A stretch of DNA of 49,592 nucleotides from a bacterium (GCA_021158045.1 JAGGVK010000018.1:1-49592), one strand, 5' to 3'; shown: positions 24,831 to 33,921, numbered from the stretch's first letter. Numbers and translations: made by a program. Notes: generated from the letters alone by a model not told the origin.

Positions 24831-24875
24831 GAGGCTGGTTCTTTCATTTTAAGACATAGAGTATATAACCAATGA

Positions 24876-25550
24876 CCAAAATCTCAAATCTCAAATCTCA
24901 AATCTCAAAATGACATCTCAAAATGCAAAATTAGAAAATTCAAAATGCAAATTTAGAAAAGCAAAATCTCAAATCTCAAAATGACCCTGAAGCAGAACAA
25001 GTTCGCTACAGGGCAGGCAGTATTGCTTACCCTGGGTAAGCAATAGGAATCTCAAACCTCAAATCTCAAATCTCAAAATGACAATTCAAAGTTCAAAATT
25101 TCTTTTAATTTTAGATTTTAGATTGTTATTTTTCATTTTTCACTTTTCATTTTTAATTTTTCATTGCCTTGCGAGGAGTCCTGCTGAAGGCGGGACGACG
25201 CGGCAATCTCAGGATTGCAGTAATAGGAGGAAGGGATTGCTTCGTCAGTCGCTTCGCTCCTTCCTCGCAATGACAGGGGAATGGAATCGTTTCACTCAGG
25301 ATGACAGTGAGGATAAAATAAAAAAGACAAGGACTTTTTAAATGACGAAACCCGAATGACGAATGACGAAAAAATGTTATCAACGAGACCCGGACTCGTT
25401 GTCGTTCTGAGCCGTTAGGCGAAGAATCCCAGCCAAAATGCAAATCTCAAATCTCAAATCTCAAAATGACAATTCAAAGTTCAAAATTTCTTTTAATTTT
25501 AGATTTTAGATTGTTATTTTTCATTTTTCACTTTTCATTTTTCATTTTTT
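24876..25550. repeat. Mosaic dispersed-repeat cluster 5 (largest), right flank of the island
   Basis: All module types are present. The heptamer and AT-rich composite occurs twice (25047-25165, 25437-25550). The GAAGCGACTGACGAAGCAATC module is in inverted orientation at 25235-25275. Confidence 0.9.
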
Positions 25551-25552
25551 TG

Positions 25553-26077
25553 CTACCTTACGAAAAGTCCTGCTCTCTTAGAGGGCTTTATTGAGTTTGA
25601 GCAATATATAGCAATTGCTAAAGCGTCGGCAGCATCGTCAGGTTTAGGAATTTTATCTAAATCCAACAAATCTTTTATCATCTTTTGTATTTGTTGCTTT
25701 TCTGCTCTCCCGTAACCGCAAATGCCCATTTTAACTTCAAGAGGCGTGAATTGTTGGATTTTAATTTTTTTTCTTGCTGCTGCCAGAAGAATTACACCTC
25801 GGGCTTCGCTTACTGGCATAGCTGTTTTTAAGTTTTTGAAGAAATAAAGCTTTTCAATTGCCATTACTTTTGGTTTGTACTTTCTTAATAGCTTTAAAAT
25901 TTCAAAGTGCAGTTTCTTTAACCTTTCTTCTGGTTTTAAAGAAGGATTAGTTTTAATAACGCCGTATCCTAAACACTCCAGTGAATTTTTTTCGCTTTTT
26001 GTTTTTCTTTTTTTAATCTTTCTTATTACGCCAAATCCAGTAGTGGCTGTGCCTGGGTCAATACCTAAAATGGTCAT
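25553..26077 (-). CDS. ruvC: Holliday junction resolvase RuvC
   Basis: MTILGIDPGTATTGFGVI N-terminus and the C-terminal DAADALAIAI motif. Confidence 0.9.
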   Translation of the reverse strand: MTILGIDPGTATTGFGVIRKIKKRKTKSEKNSLECLGYGVIKTNPSLKPEERLKKLHFEILKLLRKYKPKVMAIEKLYFFKNLKTAMPVSEARGVILLAAARKKIKIQQFTPLEVKMGICGYGRAEKQQIQKMIKDLLDLDKIPKPDDAADALAIAIYCSNSIKPSKRAGLFVR

Positions 26078-26118
26078 AATTTAGTTAAGAGTTGCAGTGG
26101 GAACTGGGAATTTTCAAT

Positions 26119-26853
26119 TCAACTTACCAAGTTTGAGTAAATGTCTTGAACAGCGTCATTTTCATCAAGTTCCTCAAAGAGTTTTTCTAAGCTGATTTTG
26201 TCTTTTTCCGATACCTCAATTTCTTGGTTCGGAACCCAATCTAAAGAGGCTGATTTAATTTTTATGCCTTGAGATTTAAGATTTTCTTTAACTTTCTCTA
26301 ATTCTTCTGGTTTTGTGTAAACATCTAAAAGATTGCTATTTTTCTGCTGCCAAATATCTTCAGCTCCTGCTTCAATTGCTTTTAATTCTAAATCTTCTTT
26401 ACTTTTTTCAGGATTTTCGCCAGAGAATTCAATGGTAATAACTCCCTTTCTCTTAAATTGCCATTTAAGGGAACCTGACTGGGTAAGTTTTCCACCGTGC
26501 TTTTGCAATATCTGTTTTATTTCTAACAAGGTGCGGTTTTTGTTGTCGGTTATGGCTTCAATAATAATGGCTACTCCTCCTGGTCCTAAAGCTTCATAAC
26601 TTGCCTCTGTTAGTTTTTTTCCTTCAATTTCTCCTGTTCCTCTCTTAATTGCTTTTTCAATATTATCTTTTGGCAAATTAAAACTTTTAGCTTCTTCTAA
26701 AGCTTGCCTAAGTTTTGGGTTTGTGTCAGGATTTGCTCCTTCTTTTGCCGCAATTGTGATTTGGCGAGCAAGTTTGGAAAATATTTTGCCTCTTTTTTGG
26801 TCCTCTAAGGACTTTTTGTGCTTAATGCCTGCCCAATGCGAATGTCCGCTCAT
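26119..26853 (-). CDS. yebC: YebC/PmpR-family transcriptional regulator
   Basis: MSGHSHWAGIKHKK N-terminus, diagnostic of the family. Confidence 0.9.
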   Translation of the reverse strand: MSGHSHWAGIKHKKSLEDQKRGKIFSKLARQITIAAKEGANPDTNPKLRQALEEAKSFNLPKDNIEKAIKRGTGEIEGKKLTEASYEALGPGGVAIIIEAITDNKNRTLLEIKQILQKHGGKLTQSGSLKWQFKRKGVITIEFSGENPEKSKEDLELKAIEAGAEDIWQQKNSNLLDVYTKPEELEKVKENLKSQGIKIKSASLDWVPNQEIEVSEKDKISLEKLFEELDENDAVQDIYSNLVS

Positions 26854-27036
26854 AGGTTTAAATAGAATTAAAAATTAAAAACTAAAAACTAAAAGTATAA
26901 AATAAAGTTTTTGTTTTGGTTTTCATTTTTTGAATTAAATACCTGTTATTACACCTTAGCCTAAAAGTTTTTTAAAATCAATATTGGTTTAATATTGGTT
27001 CAATGAAGTTGGGTTTATTTTTAGCAGATTCTCTCC

Positions 27037-28275
27037 TTATGCATTTACCCGTTTTTTGATAATTAAGACAACAATTCCAGAACCTATAGCAATGCTTACA
27101 GCCATAAAAAAGGTTATTAGTGGGTGCTGATTTCCTTTTTTAAATTCTTGGTTTATATTTTTGTTAATATTTGCCAGTGCGGTTTTATTAGAGATGGTTT
27201 TTTTGTTGGCTATTGCTTTTTCATTCAGTGCTTTAGATTTTTTAGAACTTGCCGAAAGCATTGAGCCTTTAACTTTTATTTGCTCAGTAACATTTTCCCT
27301 CCCAGGGGTTAAGGTTTGGCTCCACTGCCAACCTTTTTGTGTGAGATTATATGATTGATTTAGAAGCGCTTTTTTATAAGTGACTTTGTTTATGATATTT
27401 CCGTTTGGCTGAATAAGTTTTAAGGTATCGCCGCTATTTTGTAAAGTAATTTTTGAAGTGGGTCGGCGGAGAACTAAAAAACCTTTGGCTTGAATTTTTG
27501 CCCCTTTCGGAAATGAGTAAGTTGTTATTGTTCCAACTACATCCTGAATTTTCCAGCCGGACAAATCAACTTCAAAATTATTTTCATTGAAAATTTCAAT
27601 CCATTCATTTTGGGCATCAGAACCTTTTGGGGAGGGTAAAATTTCGTTAATGAAAATATTTTTGGGATAAACTATCGGTTCCGGTTTTGCTTTTTGTTCT
27701 GGCTCTGGCTTTATTTTAACTGGACTGTTTTTATCTCTTGGCGTTCCCCCTGGACTCTGGCTGGTTTGCCAATTTTTGAGTTCTGACCCAAGAGCCAAAG
27801 GGCAAATCCTTTCCATTGTTTTCTTTGGTTTTTGGTTATTGCCAGCGGGCCATTTTTGGTTAACTGCTTCAGGGGTAGCATCAATAATATCTCCGGCTTT
27901 GTTTTTCAAAACAAGCTTACCATTTTTATCATATTTGTTGTGGAGCGATAATTTACTCTCTACCAAGTCGCAGTTGCCGATTTCTTTCCGGCAAATTAAA
28001 AAATACCCATAAGCGGGTATTTTGCCAGCAGAAATTTCTAAAGTGTTGTTCTTGACTCCGGCATTTTCAATTTCCCAGCCAGAAATATCAACTTCTTTGT
28101 TTGCTGGATTATAAAGCTCAATCCACTCTTCATTAGAAGAAACTTTTGTTCCCATCCAGGCTATTTCATTAATAACTACATTTGGGTTGTAAGCAAAAGA
28201 AATAAACGGTTCAGAACTCAAACCCAGAAGCAAAATAAAAAAAATTAGCCGAGTTATAATCATTATATTTTGCAA
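27037..28275 (-). CDS. Secreted protein with two lamin-tail domains (LTD) and a C-terminal TM anchor
   Basis: Two copies of the NEI..WIE(L/I)(Y/F)N...(D/V)(I/L)SGW(E/K)I pattern. N-terminal signal and C-terminal hydrophobic helix. Confidence 0.75.
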   Translation of the reverse strand: MQNIMIITRLIFFILLLGLSSEPFISFAYNPNVVINEIAWMGTKVSSNEEWIELYNPANKEVDISGWEIENAGVKNNTLEISAGKIPAYGYFLICRKEIGNCDLVESKLSLHNKYDKNGKLVLKNKAGDIIDATPEAVNQKWPAGNNQKPKKTMERICPLALGSELKNWQTSQSPGGTPRDKNSPVKIKPEPEQKAKPEPIVYPKNIFINEILPSPKGSDAQNEWIEIFNENNFEVDLSGWKIQDVVGTITTYSFPKGAKIQAKGFLVLRRPTSKITLQNSGDTLKLIQPNGNIINKVTYKKALLNQSYNLTQKGWQWSQTLTPGRENVTEQIKVKGSMLSASSKKSKALNEKAIANKKTISNKTALANINKNINQEFKKGNQHPLITFFMAVSIAIGSGIVVLIIKKRVNA

Positions 28276-28293
28276 CTATCTTTAGAAAATAGT

Positions 28294-29295
28294 TTAGAAC
28301 AAAAGTTTTCTCTTTTGCGCCTTTAAACCCAAATGCCGCCTGGCAAGGTCTGTTGCCACCCTTCCCCTGGGAGTTCTAATAATAAAACCAAGCCGCATTA
28401 GGTAAGGTTCGTAGATATCCAATATAGTGTCTTCTTCTTCAGCGGTTGCAGCCGCCAATGTTTTTAAGCCTACAGGACCACCATTAAATTTGTTAATAAT
28501 TGTTTTTAAAATACGCCGGTCTTCTGCCAAAAGCCCTATATTGTCAATTTCTAACGAATCAAAAGCCTGTTTTGTAATTTCCTTTGTAATTCTACCATTC
28601 CCTTTTACTTGGGCAAAATCCCTTACTCTTTTAAGGAGATGGTTAGCGGTTCTGGGGGTAAAGCGGGATGATTTAGCAATAATTTTTAGGGCATCGTCAT
28701 CAGCCTCAATATTTAATATTCGGCTTGACCTCTGGAGGATTCTTTCAATATCAGACAAGTTATAGAAGTTTAATCCAAATATAACTCCAAATCTTGACCT
28801 GAGAGGCGCTGATACTAAAGAGAGGCGAGTGGTTGAGCCAATTAGGGTAAAGCGGGGAATTTTTAATTCTGTGGTGCGCGCCATAGGGCCTCTGCCTAAA
28901 ATTAAATTCAGTTTAAACTCTTCCATTGCCGGATAAAGATATTCTTCTAAGGTTTTGTTTAAGCGATGTATTTCATCACAGAACAGAATGCTTCCTTCAT
29001 TTAAATTTGTTAATATGGCTGCTAAGTCACCGGCTTTTTCAAGAGAAGGGCCAGAAGTAATTCTTATTTCAGTTCCTATTTCTTTAGATACTAAATGGGC
29101 GAGAGTTGTTTTTCCCAAGCCGGGATTTCCATAAAAGAGCAAGTGCTCTGGCGGTTCGTTTCTTTGTTTAGCTGCCTCAATGATAATTCTGATATTTTTT
29201 TTAACCTTTTCCTGGCCAACGTAATCCTCCCATCGTTGAGGTCGGAGAGTAAGGTCTAAATTATCTAGTTCATTTTTTGAGCCTTGACTTGACAT
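28294..29295 (-). CDS. ruvB: Holliday junction branch-migration helicase RuvB
   Basis: LRPQRWEDYVGQEKVK, Walker A GNPGLGKTT, DEIHRL. Confidence 0.95.
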   Translation of the reverse strand: MSSQGSKNELDNLDLTLRPQRWEDYVGQEKVKKNIRIIIEAAKQRNEPPEHLLFYGNPGLGKTTLAHLVSKEIGTEIRITSGPSLEKAGDLAAILTNLNEGSILFCDEIHRLNKTLEEYLYPAMEEFKLNLILGRGPMARTTELKIPRFTLIGSTTRLSLVSAPLRSRFGVIFGLNFYNLSDIERILQRSSRILNIEADDDALKIIAKSSRFTPRTANHLLKRVRDFAQVKGNGRITKEITKQAFDSLEIDNIGLLAEDRRILKTIINKFNGGPVGLKTLAAATAEEEDTILDIYEPYLMRLGFIIRTPRGRVATDLARRHLGLKAQKRKLLF

Positions 29296-29323
29296 TTTTA
29301 AATTAATATATTACAATATAAGC

Positions 29324-29441
29324 TAGCCCGAAACTAATTTGGGATTTTTCTTTGGAATGGATAATTAAGCTTTGGCTTAATTACTCCCCGGGAAAATTCT
29401 AACTTTAAAGCAACTTTGAGGCAATAATTAGTTTCGGGCTA
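29324..29441. other. 118-nt structured inverted-repeat element between gspE-like and ruvB
   Basis: Perfect 16-bp closing stem TAGCCCGAAACTAATT (29324-29339) / AATTAGTTTCGGGCTA (29426-29441). Internal 9-bp hairpin TAATTAAGC-tttg-GCTTAATTA. The 3' arm overlaps the TAG stop of the upstream gene. Confidence 0.5.
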
Positions 29442-30740
29442 TTTTGGTGGAGCGGTTACCCTATTTACTTCTTCAAATGTTGTGATTTGAGAGATAACTT
29501 TAATTAAGCCATCCTTCCTTAAAGGAATCATTCCTTTTTTAATAACAAATTTTTTTAAGTCAGTGATAGAGGGAGACTTCAAGATGAAATTTTTAACATC
29601 ATCGTCAGCAACAAAGAATTCATAAATTCCAATTCGCCCTTTATAACCAGTGAAATTACAGAATTTGCAGCCTTGGGGCCTTGGAATTTTTAAATTTTTA
29701 TCAATTTTTGGAATTTTTATCCCTTTAGGCAAAGAGCTTAATTCCTTTTTAAGGATTTTTATTTCTTCATCTGTGGGAGGAGAAAATTTTACGCATTTTT
29801 TGCAAACTTTCCTAACAAGCCTTTGAGCAATGGCTATATTCATAGCTGGGGCGATATTTATGGCTTTTTCTCCCAATGCTTGAAGCCTGGCAATGGTGCC
29901 TGTTGAATCGTTTGTATGCAAAGTAGTTAAAACTGAATGTCCTGTTAAAGCGGCTTGTATGGCTATCTTGGCTGTTTCTAAATCTCTTATTTCTCCCACA
30001 AGAATAACATCAGGGTCTTGTCTCACTATTGCTCTTAATCCGTTAGAGAAAGTATAGCCTTTTTTAGGATGCACTTGCGTTTGAGAAATTCCTTCTAAGT
30101 GGTATTCAATGGGGTCTTCTATTGTTATAATTTTGATTTCAGGATTTCGAATTCTCTTTAAAATGGCATACAAAGTGGTTGTTTTTCCAGAACCGGTTGG
30201 GCCAGTAACAATTATCATCCCGTTTGGCTTTTTAATTTCTCTTTTAAGAATAGGGAGCATATCTTTCCTTAATCCCAAATCTTCTATCTCTATGAGATTT
30301 CTTGGGTCCAGAGTTCTCATTACTACTGATTCTCCATATTCGGAAGGGAGAGTTGATACTCTAACTTCTATTTTGTTTTCTCCTGTTATTATTTCAAAGC
30401 TGCCATCTTGAGGCCTGGAAGTAACGTTTAATTTAATGCCTGATAAGAGCTTTATCCTTGAAAGAAGCGGTTTTTCTTCTTGCGGGTTTAAAAATATTAT
30501 GTCGTGCAAAAGACCATCTACTCTCATTCTAAGCTTAACCTTTTTCTCTTCTGGCTCTAAGTGAATGTCTGAAGCCCTTAGGGAAATTGCTCCCCCTAAA
30601 ATTACTGCCATAACTTCTGTTATAGAGCCTTGTAGAACTTCTTCAATTTTTTCTTTTAGCTCCTTAACGTTCCTTATTTCCTTTTGTAGTTTTTTAAATT
30701 TTTCTCCTTCAATTTTTATCTCGCCAGCAATTGTTCTCAT
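29439..30740 (-). CDS. PilB/GspE-family type II/IV secretion ATPase
   Basis: Walker A GPTGSGKTTT, GEIRDLETA, HTNDS, and the C-terminal tetracysteine CKKC...CKFC. Confidence 0.9.
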   Translation of the reverse strand: MRTIAGEIKIEGEKFKKLQKEIRNVKELKEKIEEVLQGSITEVMAVILGGAISLRASDIHLEPEEKKVKLRMRVDGLLHDIIFLNPQEEKPLLSRIKLLSGIKLNVTSRPQDGSFEIITGENKIEVRVSTLPSEYGESVVMRTLDPRNLIEIEDLGLRKDMLPILKREIKKPNGMIIVTGPTGSGKTTTLYAILKRIRNPEIKIITIEDPIEYHLEGISQTQVHPKKGYTFSNGLRAIVRQDPDVILVGEIRDLETAKIAIQAALTGHSVLTTLHTNDSTGTIARLQALGEKAINIAPAMNIAIAQRLVRKVCKKCVKFSPPTDEEIKILKKELSSLPKGIKIPKIDKNLKIPRPQGCKFCNFTGYKGRIGIYEFFVADDDVKNFILKSPSITDLKKFVIKKGMIPLRKDGLIKVISQITTFEEVNRVTAPPK

Positions 30741-30744
30741 AAGT

Positions 30745-31815
30745 TTATAAATTTAGGAACTTTTCTTTTAATAAACTAAAATCGTTTTCTTGGGAAAGAA
30801 ACAACACGCCATTTCCTTTTTCCTCCCCTTCGAATGCCCTTAGGAATTTTTCTCTTAAAGAATTGTCTGGGCAGTAGAAAACGCCTTTAATTTTTAAGGG
30901 AGAATTACGCTCTTGCCATAAGAGAAGAAAGTTTTTTGAGAAAAATTCATATTTAAGTTTTTCTAAAACAAAAGTCAAATCTGATTCTTTGGAAAAAGTT
31001 TCTCTAAAATCTTTCTCTTCCAAAAAAGAGAAGAAGGTATTTTTCTCTTTATAAAAACTGGCTTTTCCAAGAATTCTCCCTAAAAGCTGAAGTTGGCTCT
31101 TTGAAGGCTCTTTTAGGATATTTGTTATAACCTCCTGATAATCTGCAGTTTCTGTTAGTTTTTTTACCCTTGCAAAAGTTTGGGAGGTGGTTTTCTGGTT
31201 GCGAAAATTATTAGTTGCTGATACTATTCCTGCCAAGAGAGAGGCTGCTGCTTTTTGCGGGATTTTTTCTTTTATTGAGTTTAGAAAATCAAAGACAATT
31301 TCCGAGAGAGAGGATTTTGCCTCTATTAGGTTTGTTTGCCCATAGTTTTCGTTTCCGGTTTGGTTATCAATGTTTATAATTTGGAGGTTGCTTTTGGGAA
31401 AAACTTTTTCCACCTCTTTTAATTTATCTATTCCTATGGTTATTAAAAGGTCTGGGGAGAATAATGGCTCAAAAGACAAATCTTCTTCTTGGATAGGATT
31501 AGGGAAACTTTCCAAGTAGAGTTTTAACTTTCCGCTTTCCTTTTCGTAGGAGATTTGGGATATTTTGGTTTTTTGTTCTTTTATGGTTATTAATGATTGT
31601 TGAGTAAGCGTTTTTGTGGATAACTCTTTGGTTAGAAACTGAAATTTTTTTGGAACTCTTTTGAAAATTAGGTTTACATTTTTCCCTAAATCCTTTAAAC
31701 TGTAAAAAAAGCCCAAAGAAGCGGGAAATGAATCTGCCCGTAAGTTCTGACAGGGCAAGAGGTGAATGTTTTGAGCTCCCGAAATTATCTTTTGGGCTTG
31801 GCTAAAATTTTCCAT
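30745..31815 (-). CDS. DHH/DHHA1-like protein (NrnA-like architecture, catalytic motifs apparently degenerate)
   Basis: IHLLPCQNLRADSFPASLGFFYSLKDLGKNV aligns by eye with the DHH motif I-II region but lacks the His/Asp residues. Confidence 0.45.
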   Translation of the reverse strand: MENFSQAQKIISGAQNIHLLPCQNLRADSFPASLGFFYSLKDLGKNVNLIFKRVPKKFQFLTKELSTKTLTQQSLITIKEQKTKISQISYEKESGKLKLYLESFPNPIQEEDLSFEPLFSPDLLITIGIDKLKEVEKVFPKSNLQIINIDNQTGNENYGQTNLIEAKSSLSEIVFDFLNSIKEKIPQKAAASLLAGIVSATNNFRNQKTTSQTFARVKKLTETADYQEVITNILKEPSKSQLQLLGRILGKASFYKEKNTFFSFLEEKDFRETFSKESDLTFVLEKLKYEFFSKNFLLLWQERNSPLKIKGVFYCPDNSLREKFLRAFEGEEKGNGVLFLSQENDFSLLKEKFLNL

Positions 31816-31872
31816 TTTGTTTTAACGCTAATTAGATTGTAGATTATACAAAACTACCTCAAAATCAGTTCA

Positions 31873-32370
31873 ATGTCAAATAAAACTAAAGATAAAAAAC
31901 TGCGCACTAAAAAATTTCTTATTAATTCTCCAGAAGAAATGAAAATTTTAGGGAAAGAAATAGCCGAGAGCCAACTTGTGCGCAAGCACAAGAAAGCAGC
32001 GATTGTTTTTGGCCTTCAAGGAAATCTTGGAAGCGGAAAAACTACCTTTTTGCAGGGATTTGCTCAGGGCCTTGGCTTGAAAGAGAGGATTTTAAGCCCG
32101 ACCTTTGTAATAATGAAGCGATTCCGATTTAACAATTCAGCAACAAAGCAATTTAACGATTTCTTTCATATTGACTGCTATAGAATAAAAAAACCAGAAG
32201 AGATTTTAGACATTGGCTTTAAAAAGGTTATTTCTAACCCTCGCAATATTGTCTGCGTTGAGTGGGCAGACCGTATTAAGAAAATTATGCCTCCTAATAC
32301 TATCTGGTTAAGGTTCTCTTTTTTAGGCAAAGAAAAAAGAAAAGTAATTTCTTTTCTTTCTGATTTTTAA
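31873..32370 (+). CDS. tsaE: tRNA t6A biosynthesis protein TsaE
   Basis: GLQGNLGSGKTTFLQGFAQGLG, SPTF, and H.D.YR motifs. Confidence 0.85.
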   Translation: MSNKTKDKKLRTKKFLINSPEEMKILGKEIAESQLVRKHKKAAIVFGLQGNLGSGKTTFLQGFAQGLGLKERILSPTFVIMKRFRFNNSATKQFNDFFHIDCYRIKKPEEILDIGFKKVISNPRNIVCVEWADRIKKIMPPNTIWLRFSFLGKEKRKVISFLSDF

Positions 32371-32380
32371 TTTTTATTTT

Positions 32381-33322
32381 ATGGGCAAGAAAAAATTTCT
32401 TATCATTGATAGTAATTCTTTAATCCATCGCGCTTTTCATGCTTTACCTCCTCTAACTACTCGTGATGGTAAAATAGTTAATGCTCTTTATGGATTTTCA
32501 TCTGTTTTCCTTAAAGTTTTAAAAGAAATAAAGCCGGATTTTATTGCTGCAGCTTTTGATTACCCTGCCCTTACTTTCCGCCATAAGGAGTTTAAAGAAT
32601 ATAAAGCCCAAAGGCCCAAAACTCCTCCAGAACTCAGTCAACAAATTCCCGAGATAAAAGAATTTTTAGCAAGTTTTGATGTGCCGATTTTTGAAAAAGA
32701 AGGGTTTGAGGCAGACGATATTATCGGGACGATTTCTAAAACCTTGCAGAAAGATAAGCCTGATAACGACGAAATTGAGATAGTAATTTTAAGTGGCGAT
32801 TTGGACCTTTTACAATTGGTTACAGAAAAAGCAAGGGTTTATTTTCTTCAAAAAGGCGTTAAAGAAACTGTTAGTTACAATGTGGAAGAAGTTAAAAAGA
32901 GATTTCAAGGATTACTGCCTCGTCAACTTATTGATTTCAAAGCCCTAAGAGGAGACCCTTCTGACAATATTCCCGGAGTGCCAGGAGTTGGAGAAAAAAC
33001 AGCAATTAAATTAATTAAAGAATTCGGCAGCTTAGACAATTTGTATGGAGCCATCGCTGCGGGGAGAAAATTGGCGGTTAGCCAGGGCCTTTTGGATAAA
33101 CTCAAAAAATATAAAAACCAAGCTTTTCTTTCAAGAAAACTTTCTAAGATATATTCTCAAGTGCCGATTGTTTTTAAATTAGAGGCTTGTTGCCTAAAAG
33201 GTTATGGCAAAGAGAAGGTGGCTAGATTTTTAAAAAAATTTGAATTTTCAACGCTTCTGAAAAGATTAAGCAACCTTGAATCGGAAACTAAAAAGCAATT
33301 AGTGTTGGGTGATAATTTTTAA
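32381..33322 (+). CDS. Stand-alone 5'-3' exonuclease / FEN (Pol I N-terminal domain homologue)
   Basis: LIIDSNSLIHRAFHALP, GDPSDNIPGVPGVGEKTA. Confidence 0.85.
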   Translation: MGKKKFLIIDSNSLIHRAFHALPPLTTRDGKIVNALYGFSSVFLKVLKEIKPDFIAAAFDYPALTFRHKEFKEYKAQRPKTPPELSQQIPEIKEFLASFDVPIFEKEGFEADDIIGTISKTLQKDKPDNDEIEIVILSGDLDLLQLVTEKARVYFLQKGVKETVSYNVEEVKKRFQGLLPRQLIDFKALRGDPSDNIPGVPGVGEKTAIKLIKEFGSLDNLYGAIAAGRKLAVSQGLLDKLKKYKNQAFLSRKLSKIYSQVPIVFKLEACCLKGYGKEKVARFLKKFEFSTLLKRLSNLESETKKQLVLGDNF

Positions 33323-33557
33323 TGTTTGTTTTCGCTAAAACTGTGCTAAAATGATTAGAAACGCTTGTATATTTAATATGATAGAATCAGCAGCGAGAAA
33401 AGCGTTGTTAGAAAAAGAGATGGCAAGGAAAATAATTTTAGAGAACTTGGATAAAGAAGCGCAATTTAGAAAATATGTAATTTTAGGGATGATTCTCGTT
33501 TTTGCAGTTTTGAAAATTATCCTGAAACCTATCCCCGTTGCATTTTGATATGTCTTT

Positions 33558-33904
33558 ATGTTTTTGCAGCTCTCTGCCGTTAAAGCGTGCATGGTTCTTG
33601 TTTCAATACTAGTTCTGAAAGTGCTTACGCTTTTTATTGCTGGGAAGTGTCGTATCTTTTTTGGAGAGAATTTAGAAATAAGAATTTCGGAACAAGGCTC
33701 TTTGACAAGAGCCTTAGCCAAAAGCAGAATAAAAAATCAACAATTAAAGGCAATAAATGAAGTTTTAGAGGCAAAAGTGAGAATGAGAACCCAGCGGGCT
33801 TGGAGAGATTTTATAAACTTACCGTTGGCAGAGAGTTAAAGATGATAGAATTGAAGAAAGAAATTGAGGAACTAAAAAAGAAGGTTACCTTAAAGAATAA
33901 TTAA
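33558..33904 (+). pseudogene. Decayed, frameshifted fragment of a membrane sensor protein (TM + coiled-coil linker)
   Basis: The frame of 33558..33839 reads ...QQLKAINEVLEAKVRMRTQ. A different frame then reads GLERFYKLTVGRELKMIELKKEIEELKKK and stops at 33902-33904. I recall this ERFxKLxVGRELKMIELKKEI linker motif from PAS/kinase proteins. There is no continuous ORF. Confidence 0.4.
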
Positions 33905-33921
33905 CAGCGGTATTAAATAAT

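Larger units (their letters stand above)
14366..24875. other. Compositionally foreign island (SD-using, higher-G+C core 15512-24830)
   Basis: Hand G+C counts on 60-nt lines are 24/60 (17401-), 25/60 (21601-), 32/60 (20581-) and 35/60 (22561-), against 17/60 in the backbone (10081-). There are GGAGG SDs at all island starts and none at the backbone starts inspected. Direct repeats flank the island. Confidence 0.65.

Noticed and set aside
14366-24875. Search for an integrase, transposase, recombinase or phage structural gene that would classify the island as a prophage, ICE (integrative conjugative element) or IS.
   Set aside because: No island ORF shows a recognisable recombinase or capsid motif by eye, so I did not call it a mobile element. 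It remains possible that such genes are absent or that the island is an assembly chimera.
24876-25120. The regularly repeating AAATCTC runs looked at first like a CRISPR array.
   Set aside because: The unit is a 7-nt microsatellite occurring in blocks of 3-4. There are no 25-40 nt direct repeats separated by unique spacers, and the same runs occur in all five dispersed-repeat clusters.
33335-33721. 128-aa minus-strand ORF.
   Set aside because: It lies opposite the remnant sensor-gene frames and has AT-rich low-complexity composition. It would converge head-on into the exonuclease gene with no signals.
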